Source of the DNA: an uncultured Lentisphaeria bacterium
GTDB lineage: Bacteria > Verrucomicrobiota > Lentisphaeria > Victivallales > UBA1829
Direction: 5' to 3'
NCBI GenBank assembly: GCA_949287225.1
Contig: CASEFP010000008.1
Coordinates: 7,199 to 71,198 of the forward strand
DNA: 64,000 nucleotides
The translations under genes and the position numbers were made by a program. Position 1 is the stretch's first letter, and each line of letters starts with the position of its first letter. The notes below the pieces were generated by a model that was not told the DNA's origin, ran no database searches, and saw nothing but the letters and a program-made list of their open reading frames with translations. Below, piece after piece: positions 18,151 to 27,503 of the stretch.

Positions 18151-18866
18151 GTTCCAGACGCAAAATCGTCGGGATTGTTCTGTGCATTGCAGTTGCGTTT
18201 CTGCTGCTCGGATGCGTAATCGCCTTCCTTGTCGCGCGAAGCGTCTTTACCGACACACCGATTGCGCGGACGCCGCTTTCCGAACTGGATCCCGCGGATT
18301 GGAGAATGGCGCAGATGAAAACCGCCACGGCCGTCTCGCGGATCCGGCACGCCAAACGGGAAACACCGTCTCAGGAGCTCACTCTTTCCAGGGCGGAATT
18401 TGAAGCGCTGACCGAAACGCTCCTGAATCTTTCCGGCCAGATCGCCGGTGACACGCGGATCGGCGGAATCCGTCTGCAGGACACGGCTTTGAAACTCAAC
18501 GACAGCTCGTTCCGCTTTTCCTGCAGCCATGACACAGGGATAAAAACGCCGTTCGGTTCCCGGGTGAATGTGCAGGCGGATCTGGACATCCGGATTGCAG
18601 ACGGGCAATCCTCCATGCGGATCGTCAACGCGAAAATCGGCAATCTGGCAATGCCGTCGGCGATGCGCGGAAAACTGGAGGAGGCATGGCGGAAGTTCCA
18701 GCGTTCCCGGGAACATCAGCGCCTTCTCAATGCGGTCGAATCGCTCTCGGTCGAGAACGGCGAACTGCGGATCCGCTACCGGCCATATGAAGCGAAACAG
18801 AATTTTGCGCCTGGCGTCCTGCGCACCATTGACACCGTTCTGAATCCGCTCGGAAATCTCAAATGA
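18147..18866 (+). CDS. Hypothetical N-terminally anchored membrane protein
   Basis: The ATG overlaps the tsaB stop (ATGA). TM segment IVGIVLCIAVAFLLLGCVIAFLV. Confidence 0.55.
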   Translation: MSSRRKIVGIVLCIAVAFLLLGCVIAFLVARSVFTDTPIARTPLSELDPADWRMAQMKTATAVSRIRHAKRETPSQELTLSRAEFEALTETLLNLSGQIAGDTRIGGIRLQDTALKLNDSSFRFSCSHDTGIKTPFGSRVNVQADLDIRIADGQSSMRIVNAKIGNLAMPSAMRGKLEEAWRKFQRSREHQRLLNAVESLSVENGELRIRYRPYEAKQNFAPGVLRTIDTVLNPLGNLK

Positions 18867-18869
18867 GTT

Positions 18870-19991
18870 TTATTCCGAAGCATCCATTGCAAGCAGATCC
18901 TGAACCTGTGCAATCACATCAGAAGCGGAGATGCTTTTCAGACATTTTCTGGAACCGCCCGGGCAGACCCGTTTGAAACACGGTGCACATTCCTGCTTGT
19001 TGAAGAGCAGGCGCCATCGGGAGGAGATCGGAGAAGTCGCGGCAGGATCGGTCGGCCCGAACGGCGCCACACCCTTTCCGCCGAGCGCAGCAGAAAGATG
19101 CATGTTTCCGCTGTCGTTGGCAACACACATCTCCGCATTCCGCAGAATCCGCATGAGTTCGGTCATACTTGTCTTTCCGGCAAGGTCGATCACGGATTCC
19201 GCGGGAAGTCCCCTGACCGCCGCCGACGCCAGCTCCGCCTCGCCTTTCGCGGAAAGGACGGTGACGACGCCTTTGCGTTCCGCGATCCACCAGCGGCAGA
19301 CCTCGCGGAAGGCGTCCGTTTCCCAGCGCTTGGCGGCGCCATAGGCCGCGCCGGGAGCAACCGCCAGCAGATGTTCGGACTCCACCGCGCGCCGGACCTC
19401 GTCCGAAGCGCATTCCGGGGAATAGGGTATCTGAAAATCCGGGAGCGTTCCGTCCCAGGCGGGTGCGCCGAGCGCCATGACCATCGCCAGATACTTTGCG
19501 GCATGGTGCGGGCGATTCAGGATACGGTCGCGCCGTTTCGGAAACTCGAACGCCCGTGTCAGAAGCCACGAACGGTTCCGTGCGGCCGCCCCGTACAGGC
19601 GCGGAATCAGAGCGGCGCGCATCCAGAGCGCATCCCGGAAGGAGTTGTTGAACACGATCCCCGCTCCGGCATAAAGCCCGCGAATATTGTTGAATTCGAA
19701 CCAGGAGGGGAACCCATGCGCGTCGCGCAGTCCGACAATCCGGTCGGCAAGCCCCGGAAGCGCTTCAAAAATGGGCACGAATCCTTTCGGGCACGCTACA
19801 AAGATTCCGCACTTCTCCGGCAGGATCTTCCGGAGCACCATCATTGCCGGAAGCGTCAGGATAATGTCGCCCAGCCAGTTCGGCGTGCGGATCAGAACGC
19901 CGTCCTTCCAGTCGTAGACGTCAGGCTCCGTCACGGGAAACGCGGGAACCTCCCCGATTTCAGGCGTCAGAACTTCGAGACTCATCGCCAC
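18870..19991 (-). CDS. Family 9 glycosyltransferase (ADP-heptose:LPS heptosyltransferase-like)
   Basis: PNWLGDIILTLPAM and CVANDSGNMHLSAALG. The start is GTG at 19991 or ATG at 19985. Confidence 0.85.
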   Translation of the reverse strand: MAMSLEVLTPEIGEVPAFPVTEPDVYDWKDGVLIRTPNWLGDIILTLPAMMVLRKILPEKCGIFVACPKGFVPIFEALPGLADRIVGLRDAHGFPSWFEFNNIRGLYAGAGIVFNNSFRDALWMRAALIPRLYGAAARNRSWLLTRAFEFPKRRDRILNRPHHAAKYLAMVMALGAPAWDGTLPDFQIPYSPECASDEVRRAVESEHLLAVAPGAAYGAAKRWETDAFREVCRWWIAERKGVVTVLSAKGEAELASAAVRGLPAESVIDLAGKTSMTELMRILRNAEMCVANDSGNMHLSAALGGKGVAPFGPTDPAATSPISSRWRLLFNKQECAPCFKRVCPGGSRKCLKSISASDVIAQVQDLLAMDASE

Positions 19992-20022
19992 CTCATACCA
20001 GCACTCACTGCCAGACCGTGAT

Positions 20023-20490
20023 TCAGAGCTGTTCCACGGCGATTTTCACAACCACCTTCAGAATGTTCTGCGCGCCCGCGTGTTCCGCGCCTTTCCCCAT
20101 GTGAGCGTCCTGCGGGAAAAAGACCGCGAAATTTCCGGGTTTCATGGGAAGTTTCACAAGCGGTTTGTCGTCGGAGGGAACCAGAAAGCCGCAGTCGTTC
20201 TTCTCGTTGTAGGCGCTGTGAACGGCAAGTCCCGCGCCCGAACAGACGTACAGTGTCTCATTCCCGCGGATCACCGCCTGGATATCGACATATTTCCGGT
20301 GAACCTCCAGACGGTCGGGAACCGTATCAACCGTATCATAGCTCATCACGTTTGCCGTGATGCGGTCGCCGTCGATGGAGACCGGTCCGGCCGGGGTGTC
20401 CGCGTTCAGGCTCCGGATGAAGTCGATCGCCCGGGCAAACGCGGGGCCGAGGCGGTAAGTCGAAGCGCTGGCAATGTCGTCAAAAATCAT
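20023..20490 (-). CDS. YhcH/YjgK/YiaL (DUF386) family protein
   Basis: HRKYVDIQAVIRGNETLYV and GNFAVFFPQDAHMG. Confidence 0.75.
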   Translation of the reverse strand: MIFDDIASASTYRLGPAFARAIDFIRSLNADTPAGPVSIDGDRITANVMSYDTVDTVPDRLEVHRKYVDIQAVIRGNETLYVCSGAGLAVHSAYNEKNDCGFLVPSDDKPLVKLPMKPGNFAVFFPQDAHMGKGAEHAGAQNILKVVVKIAVEQL

Positions 20491-20499
20491 ACATCCGCC

Positions 20500-20994
20500 T
20501 CACTTTCCGCAGCATTTCTTGTATTTTTTCCCGCTGCCGCAGGGGCACGGATCGTTTCTTCCGATCTTCTCACCGCTCCGGACGTAGGGAGCCTGCGGAA
20601 CCATTTTCCCGTCATAGAAGAACCACTCGCCGTTCACCTTTCTGAACTCGGCGATTTCGTGGTGTTCCAGGTTCACGCCGCGGTCGCTGTAACGGGCGAT
20701 GAATTCAACAATTCCGGTATCGTCATCGGGGCCGCCTGCCTCGGTGCGGAGAATTTCCAGACCGTTCCACCGGGATTTCTCAGCCCATTTGCGGATTTCC
20801 TCCCGGTCGTTGCTGTCGCGCTGATCCTTGTGCGTCGAGTTGATGATATGATCGACCTCCGCCTTGGCATAGGCGGAATAGCGCGAACGCATCAGTTCCT
20901 CCGGCGTTGCCGCCTTGCGCGTTCCTTTGATCACAGGTTCACAGCAATCCGCATAATTTCTGCCTGACATACAGGGGCATTTTTCCGCATCCAT
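20500..20994 (-). CDS. YchJ-family protein with SEC-C motifs
   Basis: [22 protein letters not shown]...[10 protein letters not shown] and the C-terminal [19 protein letters not shown]. The track ORF extends to 21084, but the ATG at 20994 matches family N-termini. Confidence 0.8.
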   Translation of the reverse strand: MDAEKCPCMSGRNYADCCEPVIKGTRKAATPEELMRSRYSAYAKAEVDHIINSTHKDQRDSNDREEIRKWAEKSRWNGLEILRTEAGGPDDDTGIVEFIARYSDRGVNLEHHEIAEFRKVNGEWFFYDGKMVPQAPYVRSGEKIGRNDPCPCGSGKKYKKCCGK

Positions 20995-21104
20995 TTTTCC
21001 GCATTCCTTCAAAAAACTTGATTTTCCAACGTCCCGGAACTGACCGGGCATTTTTCGAGGGAAATAATAAACCGCATTCCGCATAATTTCAAATGAAAAA
21101 GCGA

Positions 21105-21133
21105 TTGCATTCCGGACTATCTTGTGTTATAAT
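21105..21133 (+). promoter_or_regulatory. Candidate sigma70-type promoter with an extended -10
   Basis: TTGCAT (21105-21110), 17-nt spacer ending in tgt, TATAAT (21128-21133), 43 nt upstream of ATG 21176. Confidence 0.5.
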
Positions 21134-21175
21134 AGGAAAAAACGGGAAAAAACGTCTAAATGCAAAGGACACGCC

Positions 21176-21775
21176 ATGAAAAACAGAAACTCTTTTACGC
21201 TTGTGGAACTTCTCACGACGATCGCGATCCTCGCGGTTCTGGCGGGCATTGCCCTCGGAGTCACAAAGCTGGTCTTCACCAAGGCGCATGAATCCAAAAA
21301 CCAGGCGGTGATCAAAATGATCGAGATCGCGCTGGAACAATACAAAAATCAATTCGGCTACTATCCGAATTCCGCGGCAAATCCGAATCCTTTCGTGATG
21401 GATGCCGTGGATCTTTCCAAAAACAACAAGGATCCTCTGAACCTGAAATACAATATGTGGCAGTTCTTTGATGAAAATTTCAAAAACGCCCATACGAAAA
21501 CCGGAAAAGTTTATGTCAGATTCGCAGACGGGACAGAAAAGCTGATTACCTGCTCCTATGTTGTAGATGCGCTGGGAAATCCTCTGATCTACCGCTGCCC
21601 GGGAGTGTTCAACATGAGTTCATTCGACCTCGGGTCCGCGGGTGAGGACGGCTGCCTCGGCGACAAGGGAGTTCTGATCAATTCCAATATGAAAATAGAC
21701 GGCATCTCCGACAGCGATTACAAGAAATTCGGACAGGGCGACGACATCGTCAACTTCACCAACAATCTCCAGTAA
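21176..21775 (+). CDS. GspG-like pseudopilin / prepilin-type N-terminal methylation-domain protein
   Basis: MKNRNSFTLVELLTTIAILAVLAGIALGV, then DALGNPLIYRCPG...FDLGSAGEDGCLG...GDDIVNF. Visibly more AT-rich than its neighbours. Confidence 0.8.
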   Translation: MKNRNSFTLVELLTTIAILAVLAGIALGVTKLVFTKAHESKNQAVIKMIEIALEQYKNQFGYYPNSAANPNPFVMDAVDLSKNNKDPLNLKYNMWQFFDENFKNAHTKTGKVYVRFADGTEKLITCSYVVDALGNPLIYRCPGVFNMSSFDLGSAGEDGCLGDKGVLINSNMKIDGISDSDYKKFGQGDDIVNFTNNLQ

Positions 21776-21808
21776 ACATCCTGCCTGACCCGGCAAGGAG
21801 GATTTTCC

Positions 21809-23632
21809 ATGGCGCGCATGATTCCGGAATTCAATCACCATATCGAAAAGGCGCCGCCGTTCCGCAAAACCGGCAGCCCGGAACTCGACCGCGGGCGGAA
21901 AACGGAACAGGAGCTCTATGTCCTTCTGCGCGACCTTCTCCCGGACGACTGGGTTGTCCGCTACAATTTCGAGTTCACGCGGAAAGCGGGGGAACTCATC
22001 GAACACGAAGCCGATTTCGTCGTCGTGATTCCGCGCTGCGGAATCCTTGTGCTGGAGGTCAAGGCGAGCGAAAGCTACGGGCTGCGCAACGGCGTCTGGT
22101 TCTCCGATCCGGCGTGCCGCCGCGTCCGCGAGGGAGACCCCTTCGCGCAGGCGCGGGCGACGCGCTTTGAACTGAAACGGAAGGTGCAGGACTACATCCA
22201 CAAATCCTTCCCCGGCCTTTTCGGAAGCATCGTCGTATTCCCGAACGCGCGGAGAACGCCGGGGCAGAACGCCGCGCCGTCGTCGCAGGACCCCGACATC
22301 ATTCTGACCGGATACGATCTGGTCCGCGACGTCCACAACCGTTCGCTGGCAAAGCACCTTGAGCATACGCTGACGCTCTTCGGCGACCGAGACCTCGTCG
22401 AAATGCGGCGCAACGCCTTCTCGCGCAAGGAGATGGACACCGTCGTCCGGTTTCTGGAGGACAACTACACGCTGGAACCTTACCGCGCCTTCACGGACAC
22501 CTATTACTCGCATCTGCTGGACCGTCTGACCGAGGAGCAGATCCGCCTGCTCTCGAGCCTCACGCGGAACCGCCGCGTCATGGTTTTCGGCCCCGCCGGT
22601 TCCGGCAAGACCATGCTGGCGCGCTGGGCCGCGATGAACGAGGCGCGCCTTCTGGAAGAAAAGCACGGGCGTGTCCTGCTTCTGAGCTTCAGCCCGGTGC
22701 TCGCCGCCTTTTTCCGGCTCGAAGACAATCCTGAAAATCTTGAGATTACGACCTTCCGGATGCTCTGCGGAGAGCTTCTTTCAAAACTTGCGCCCTGCGA
22801 AAGCCTGCCCCGCGACGACGCGCCGGAGGAGGAACGCAGGCGCTTCTGGCTGGACGCGTTTCCCGCACTTCTCAAGTCACACGCCGAAACGATCTGCTAT
22901 GACGCGGTCTACATCGACGAGGCGCAGGATTTCGATCCGCTCTGGGCGCCTGCGCTCGGCGCGCTGCTCCGCGACCAGGCCCGTTCAAAACTCTACTGCT
23001 TCGGCGACCCGGAACAGAAAATTTTCGAGAACAGCCTTGACAACGATTTCGAGGGTTTCACCATTTTCGAACTGCGCGAGAACTGCCGGAACACCCGCGA
23101 AATCGCCGAAATGTGCCGCAGAATGAGCGGCGCGCTGGAAAAAACCGCCGGGCACGACATCAGCTACCGCCAGCCGGAAGTCTATCCTGCAATCGGCGAC
23201 CCGGAAACAAGAGCCGAATTCCTTACACGGCGGATCGGGGAACTCCTGCGCGGCGGCATTTCTCAAGCGAACATCGCCGTGCTCTCCCCGTGGGAGAACA
23301 GCGATCCGCGCTGTTCGCTTCCCCGCCTTGCCGCGCGTCTGCGGACACCGCTTCTCGGCGAATCCGACGGAGACCGGGAACGCACAATGCCGGACCTGAT
23401 CCGGACACTGGAAAAATGGAGGGACGGCTCATGCATCTGGGGCGGCACGATCCATGCGTTCAAGGGACTCGAATCCGATCACATCATCCTGACCGATCTG
23501 CCCGTCACCGACACACCCGGATTCAGCCTGCGCGATTTCTACGTGGGAGCCTCCCGCGCGAAACTGCTCCTGTATCTTCTTCCGGTCACGGAAAAGGCCG
23601 AGCAGGAGATCCGCGGATTCGTCGGACGGTAG
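21809..23632 (+). CDS. NERD-domain nuclease-like protein fused to an SF1 (UvrD-like) helicase
   Basis: NERD core EADFVVVIPRCGILVLEVKAS. Walker A VFGPAGSGKTMLA. Motif II AVYIDEAQDF. C-terminal TIHAFKGLESDHIILTD. aaggagg lies upstream of the ATG. Confidence 0.8.
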   Translation: MARMIPEFNHHIEKAPPFRKTGSPELDRGRKTEQELYVLLRDLLPDDWVVRYNFEFTRKAGELIEHEADFVVVIPRCGILVLEVKASESYGLRNGVWFSDPACRRVREGDPFAQARATRFELKRKVQDYIHKSFPGLFGSIVVFPNARRTPGQNAAPSSQDPDIILTGYDLVRDVHNRSLAKHLEHTLTLFGDRDLVEMRRNAFSRKEMDTVVRFLEDNYTLEPYRAFTDTYYSHLLDRLTEEQIRLLSSLTRNRRVMVFGPAGSGKTMLARWAAMNEARLLEEKHGRVLLLSFSPVLAAFFRLEDNPENLEITTFRMLCGELLSKLAPCESLPRDDAPEEERRRFWLDAFPALLKSHAETICYDAVYIDEAQDFDPLWAPALGALLRDQARSKLYCFGDPEQKIFENSLDNDFEGFTIFELRENCRNTREIAEMCRRMSGALEKTAGHDISYRQPEVYPAIGDPETRAEFLTRRIGELLRGGISQANIAVLSPWENSDPRCSLPRLAARLRTPLLGESDGDRERTMPDLIRTLEKWRDGSCIWGGTIHAFKGLESDHIILTDLPVTDTPGFSLRDFYVGASRAKLLLYLLPVTEKAEQEIRGFVGR

Positions 23633-23646
23633 AAAACCAGCCTCTT

Positions 23647-24537
23647 TCAGCACTCGCCCGGAACCATTTCAAACCCGTATTGTTTCAGGATGCCGAGCAG
23701 TTTCCGGACCAGCTCCTCGGGCGCGGAGGCTCCCGAACTCACGCCGACAGTTGAGACGCCGTCAAGCAGGGAACAGTCGAACTCTTCCGGATCGGAAAGG
23801 AGAATCGCGCGCGCACCGGCGGCGGACGCCGTTTCACAGAGGCGCTTTGAATTGGAACTGCCCGGAGAACCGACAATGATGACGAACTCGCACTGCTGCG
23901 CCAGAAGCCGGACCGCGTTCTGGCGGTCGCGCGTTGCAAAACACACTTCAGCATCCACGGCAAGATGGCGCAGGGACGAAGCAAGAAGCGCGCGCATTTC
24001 CGCGACGTCGTCGGCATTCAGCGTCGTCTGTGACAGGCAGGCGAAGAGACCGTTTTTCTTCTCCTCCTCCGGCAGCGCGGCAAGATAAGAGAGAAGCGCC
24101 TCCTTCGACTCGATCACCGTGACCTCGGAATCGACGCGCCCGACGACCCCTTCGATCTCCCGATGCCCCTTCTTTCCGAAGAGGAGAATCCTCCGTCCTT
24201 CGGCGGCGAACATTTCCGCCTTGCGGTGCAGCCTCTTGACGATCGGGCAGGTCGCGTCGATCAGGCGGACGCCGAGGGCGGCGGCTCGCTCCTCGATCGC
24301 GCGGGATACGCCGTGCGCACTGAAAATCAGCGTTCCACCCTCTGCCTCCTCGGGTTCCTTCACAAAGCGCACCCCCCGCGCCTTCAAATGTGCCACGACA
24401 TGCTCGTTGTGAACAATTTCATGAAGCACATAAACCGGGAACGGTCCCTCCTTCAGCGCCCGTTCCACGGCGTCCAGGGCGCGCACCACGCCGGAGCAGA
24501 AGCCGCGTTTCGCGGCGAGATGAACGATTCTTCTCAT
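23647..24537 (-). CDS. ispH: 4-hydroxy-3-methylbut-2-enyl diphosphate reductase
   Basis: MRRIVHLAAKRGFCSGVVRA, HEIVHN, DATCPIV, SQTT and VCFATRDRQ, so all three cluster cysteines are present. The track ORF to 25116 is an upstream read-through artefact. Confidence 0.9.
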   Translation of the reverse strand: MRRIVHLAAKRGFCSGVVRALDAVERALKEGPFPVYVLHEIVHNEHVVAHLKARGVRFVKEPEEAEGGTLIFSAHGVSRAIEERAAALGVRLIDATCPIVKRLHRKAEMFAAEGRRILLFGKKGHREIEGVVGRVDSEVTVIESKEALLSYLAALPEEEKKNGLFACLSQTTLNADDVAEMRALLASSLRHLAVDAEVCFATRDRQNAVRLLAQQCEFVIIVGSPGSSNSKRLCETASAAGARAILLSDPEEFDCSLLDGVSTVGVSSGASAPEELVRKLLGILKQYGFEMVPGEC

Positions 24538-25322
24538 CGGGGGAAAGCCTCCAGAAAACGTCTGTGAAAGAGTTTGTCGCCGTACGGGTCGGGCTCTCCG
24601 GGACGGAGCTCCTCCGGAGCGTAATGGGAAAAAACATCGAGCACTTCGACGGTTCGACCCTCCACGCGGAAGAGGATTCTCCATGTCCGGCAGCCGATGG
24701 TCCAGAGTCCGCCGCGGCAGGGTTCCACGCGTTTGCGCTCCTTTGATGTGGGCTCCCGGATCAGCTGCACACGGCAGAAATTCTCCAGATCCAGGGAGCA
24801 GAGCGCAGAAAGAAAATTCATTTTTTCCCTCGCCGGCTCCGAAATCCGGATTGCATACTCCTCTTTCCGCACCTCGTCGCGCCAGCCCGCGCGCGACACG
24901 GGAAACGCGTCCGCCTCGGGAATGTAGGGCTTGAGATCCAGCACGGGAGTGCCGTCGAGCATGTCGAATTTCCGGATATGGACACGCAGATTCTCCACCT
25001 TTTCCAGCTCGACGCAGCTGATGCCGATCGGATTCGGGCGATGCGGGGCGCGCGTGGCGAAAACGCCGAACCTGCGGTGCGCGGGCGCAACGGGCGGCGT
25101 CACCTTCGGCTTCCATGTGTCATTGAGATGAAATGCGAACACCACCCAGATCCGTTCAAATCCGCCGAGATCCTCCAGCGCCTGCTCATAGTTGTGCCCG
25201 GGGAAGAGTTCGATGAATCCGCAATTCTCGGCAAACACCCCCTGCCTTGCCGTTTCAAAGCGGTATCTGAAATCGCAGTGAACCGTACCGACGGGAGTGA
25301 ATGTCAAGGGCGCGGGAAACAT
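24534..25322 (-). CDS. trmO: TsaA/YaeB-family tRNA methyltransferase (TrmO-like) with a C-terminal extension
   Basis: IWVVFAFH, FATRAPHRPNPIGIS and DMLDGTPVLDLKPYIPEAD. Overlaps the ispH start by 4 nt. Confidence 0.8.
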   Translation of the reverse strand: MFPAPLTFTPVGTVHCDFRYRFETARQGVFAENCGFIELFPGHNYEQALEDLGGFERIWVVFAFHLNDTWKPKVTPPVAPAHRRFGVFATRAPHRPNPIGISCVELEKVENLRVHIRKFDMLDGTPVLDLKPYIPEADAFPVSRAGWRDEVRKEEYAIRISEPAREKMNFLSALCSLDLENFCRVQLIREPTSKERKRVEPCRGGLWTIGCRTWRILFRVEGRTVEVLDVFSHYAPEELRPGEPDPYGDKLFHRRFLEAFPR

Positions 25323-25331
25323 GAAAACGCG

Positions 25332-26027
25332 TTACTTGCTGCTCTTCCAGGAAGTAATATAATTCTTTTTCGCATCGCCCATGCTGTCTGCCGGTCCCTT
25401 GTAACCGTAGGAAAAGACAAACACCTTGCCCATCAGATAGTTATCCGTTCCGCCAGTCGTCGCCTGTTCTCCGCCGAAGTTCGCAACACCACCTGCTTTG
25501 TCGGTACACTTGCCGATATTCACTTTTCCGTCATATCCTGTATCCAGTGCAATATTGTAGCGGCGGCCCCATGGATCCAGGAAATAATATCCGCTAGGGG
25601 TTCCGTCAATCGGCGTCACCATTTTCGGCGGCGGGTCCAGATAGCGTTTGTTTTTTACATTTCCAGGGCGGGTATAAGCGGAAGCCGGACTTCCATTATA
25701 CTCTTTCCCGTCAGGCGGCAGATTCATCAGGACTGCCATGACTTCGTCATAGGCCGTTTTGTATTGGCTGTCCACCGGATCCGGCGGATTTGTTCTAGTA
25801 AGGAAAATATCATTCTGAGGGTTGGAGGTCGGGATATAGGGCAGTGTCCCGTAATCCGCTTCGTACTGCTTGATCGCAGTCACAATCGCATTGATTTCGG
25901 CGCGTGCCCTGGTCTCCTTTCCCTTCCGGTTCATGCCGCCGATGACCGGAAACGCGATACCCGCGAGAATGGCGATGATCACAATAACCACCAGGAGCTC
26001 CACCAGAGTAAAAAACTGTCTTTTCAT
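25332..26027 (-). CDS. GspG-like pseudopilin / prepilin-type N-terminal methylation-domain protein
   Basis: MKRQFFTLVELLVVIVIIAILAGIAFPV, then DPWGRRYNIALDTGYDGKV. aaggagag lies 8 nt upstream of ATG 26027. AT-richer than the flanks. Confidence 0.8.
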   Translation of the reverse strand: MKRQFFTLVELLVVIVIIAILAGIAFPVIGGMNRKGKETRARAEINAIVTAIKQYEADYGTLPYIPTSNPQNDIFLTRTNPPDPVDSQYKTAYDEVMAVLMNLPPDGKEYNGSPASAYTRPGNVKNKRYLDPPPKMVTPIDGTPSGYYFLDPWGRRYNIALDTGYDGKVNIGKCTDKAGGVANFGGEQATTGGTDNYLMGKVFVFSYGYKGPADSMGDAKKNYITSWKSSK

Positions 26028-26147
26028 AACTGCAACTCTCCTTCTTGAACGTTCAGCCATACATTATATCGTTCCGCATGGAAAAGCAAATCCGCGAAGA
26101 CGAAAATGGCGGAAAATCCTGCTTCTGATATGAAGCACCCGTTCATT

Positions 26148-27461
26148 TCAGCGGAAAATCAGACAGCAGGGCTTCCAGATTCCTCCTGCGCCTTTGCAAT
26201 TTGTGAGTTTGACCACAATCCGGTTGTCGCCGTTGAAACGGACATGCTTCGTAATATCCGCCTCGAACGGTTTTTTCCAGGAATCCTGATCCTTGAGCGG
26301 ATCGAATACCAGCTCAGCACAAAATTGCCCATTGACCCAGATCCTGCAGCTTTCGTCAACAGCGCCGAGGTACAGAATGACTTTGTCGGAGCTTTTTTCG
26401 GCAATATGACAGTTCGTGCGGTACCACATATGACGATAGTTCTGAAATCCCTGCGGTTCAAGATTCAGCCAGGTGGATGCGCTCTTCCAGTTCCGCGTGT
26501 CAAAATCATTCCGGAAATAACCGGCCTGTTCACCCCGGTCGCCGGGATCTGCGCAGACCAGCCATTTTTCCGGCAGCGCCTGCGTGTCGCCGGGCGGAAG
26601 CGTGCCCGCGACAGGAAGTTTCCAGACGTTTTTCTCAATTTTGTCCAGGTAGGCGGGATCCACTGCATGCTCCGGCAAAGCGGCACGCTTCTTTCTGAGC
26701 GCGTTCCATGCAGCCCTTTTCTGTTCTGAGGAACTCTTTCCGTCGGCAAAGAGAGCCGCACAGGCAGAGGAGGCGATCGCGTATTCCAGACCATGCCGGA
26801 GAAAGGCGATTCTTTCCGTGACACCCGGCGTATCGGCCAGCGCCGCGGCCCGTTCCAGGAAGCGCCGTCCCTTCTCCAGTTCCGCAACCGGAAAGATCCG
26901 GTGCGCGTAGGCCGCATAGTGGAACCCGTGGAAATACCAGCGCCGCGCCGACGTCTCATAAATCCGGTTGATGCGCACGGCATTCTCACGCAAATAGCGT
27001 TTCCAGTATTCAAAGTAGGCGCGGATCTCTCCCGAAGCGGACCCGAACGCATCATAATACTCCGCCGCCATCTTTTCCGGATCGCCGCCGGGTTCCGCGC
27101 AAAGCCGTGCCATGACGTAAAGATCCAGCCCGCGGGCCGCCCACATCCGTCCGGGCCCGTCGATGACCACGCCGATGCAGCCAAGACTCCGGACATAATT
27201 CAGCTCGTCGGCGAACTGATCATACCAGACCTCCGGCATGCAGTATCCTCCGTAAAAATAGTTCGGTCGGAAAAACATCTGCGCCCCGCTTTCCTGCCAT
27301 GCCCTGTATTCCTCCCGCAGCCAGGCGGTATATTCCGGCAGACGCGGGAACGGAATATCCGGCACCAGTCCGACAAAGAAACGGCTGTTCAGCTTGATTT
27401 CGCGCGGCGCATAGAAGTAACTCTGATAAGCCAGAAGCGAAATCCCCGCGTTTTCAGACAA
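26148..27461 (-). CDS. DUF4838-like protein with a C-terminal GH2-type sugar-binding (galactose-binding-like) domain; possibly N-terminally truncated
   Basis: The C-terminus VILYLGAVDESCRIWVNGQ...FEADITKHVRFNGDNRIVVKL is GH2_N-like. The ORF opens with TTG at 27461 and has no signal peptide. An out-of-frame ATG lies 19 nt upstream. Confidence 0.5.
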   Translation of the reverse strand: MSENAGISLLAYQSYFYAPREIKLNSRFFVGLVPDIPFPRLPEYTAWLREEYRAWQESGAQMFFRPNYFYGGYCMPEVWYDQFADELNYVRSLGCIGVVIDGPGRMWAARGLDLYVMARLCAEPGGDPEKMAAEYYDAFGSASGEIRAYFEYWKRYLRENAVRINRIYETSARRWYFHGFHYAAYAHRIFPVAELEKGRRFLERAAALADTPGVTERIAFLRHGLEYAIASSACAALFADGKSSSEQKRAAWNALRKKRAALPEHAVDPAYLDKIEKNVWKLPVAGTLPPGDTQALPEKWLVCADPGDRGEQAGYFRNDFDTRNWKSASTWLNLEPQGFQNYRHMWYRTNCHIAEKSSDKVILYLGAVDESCRIWVNGQFCAELVFDPLKDQDSWKKPFEADITKHVRFNGDNRIVVKLTNCKGAGGIWKPCCLIFR

Positions 27462-27503
27462 ACCCGCCGGTCATCCCGGTGCGGATGTCCGTCAGATACA
27501 CTC

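Noticed and set aside
23647-25116. 489-aa ORF suggesting a much longer IspH
   Set aside because: IspH homology begins at MRRIVHLAAKRGFCSG (ATG 24537). The upstream 190 codons overlap the well-supported TsaA/TrmO-like gene in another frame and are Arg/Pro/Gly-rich nonsense.
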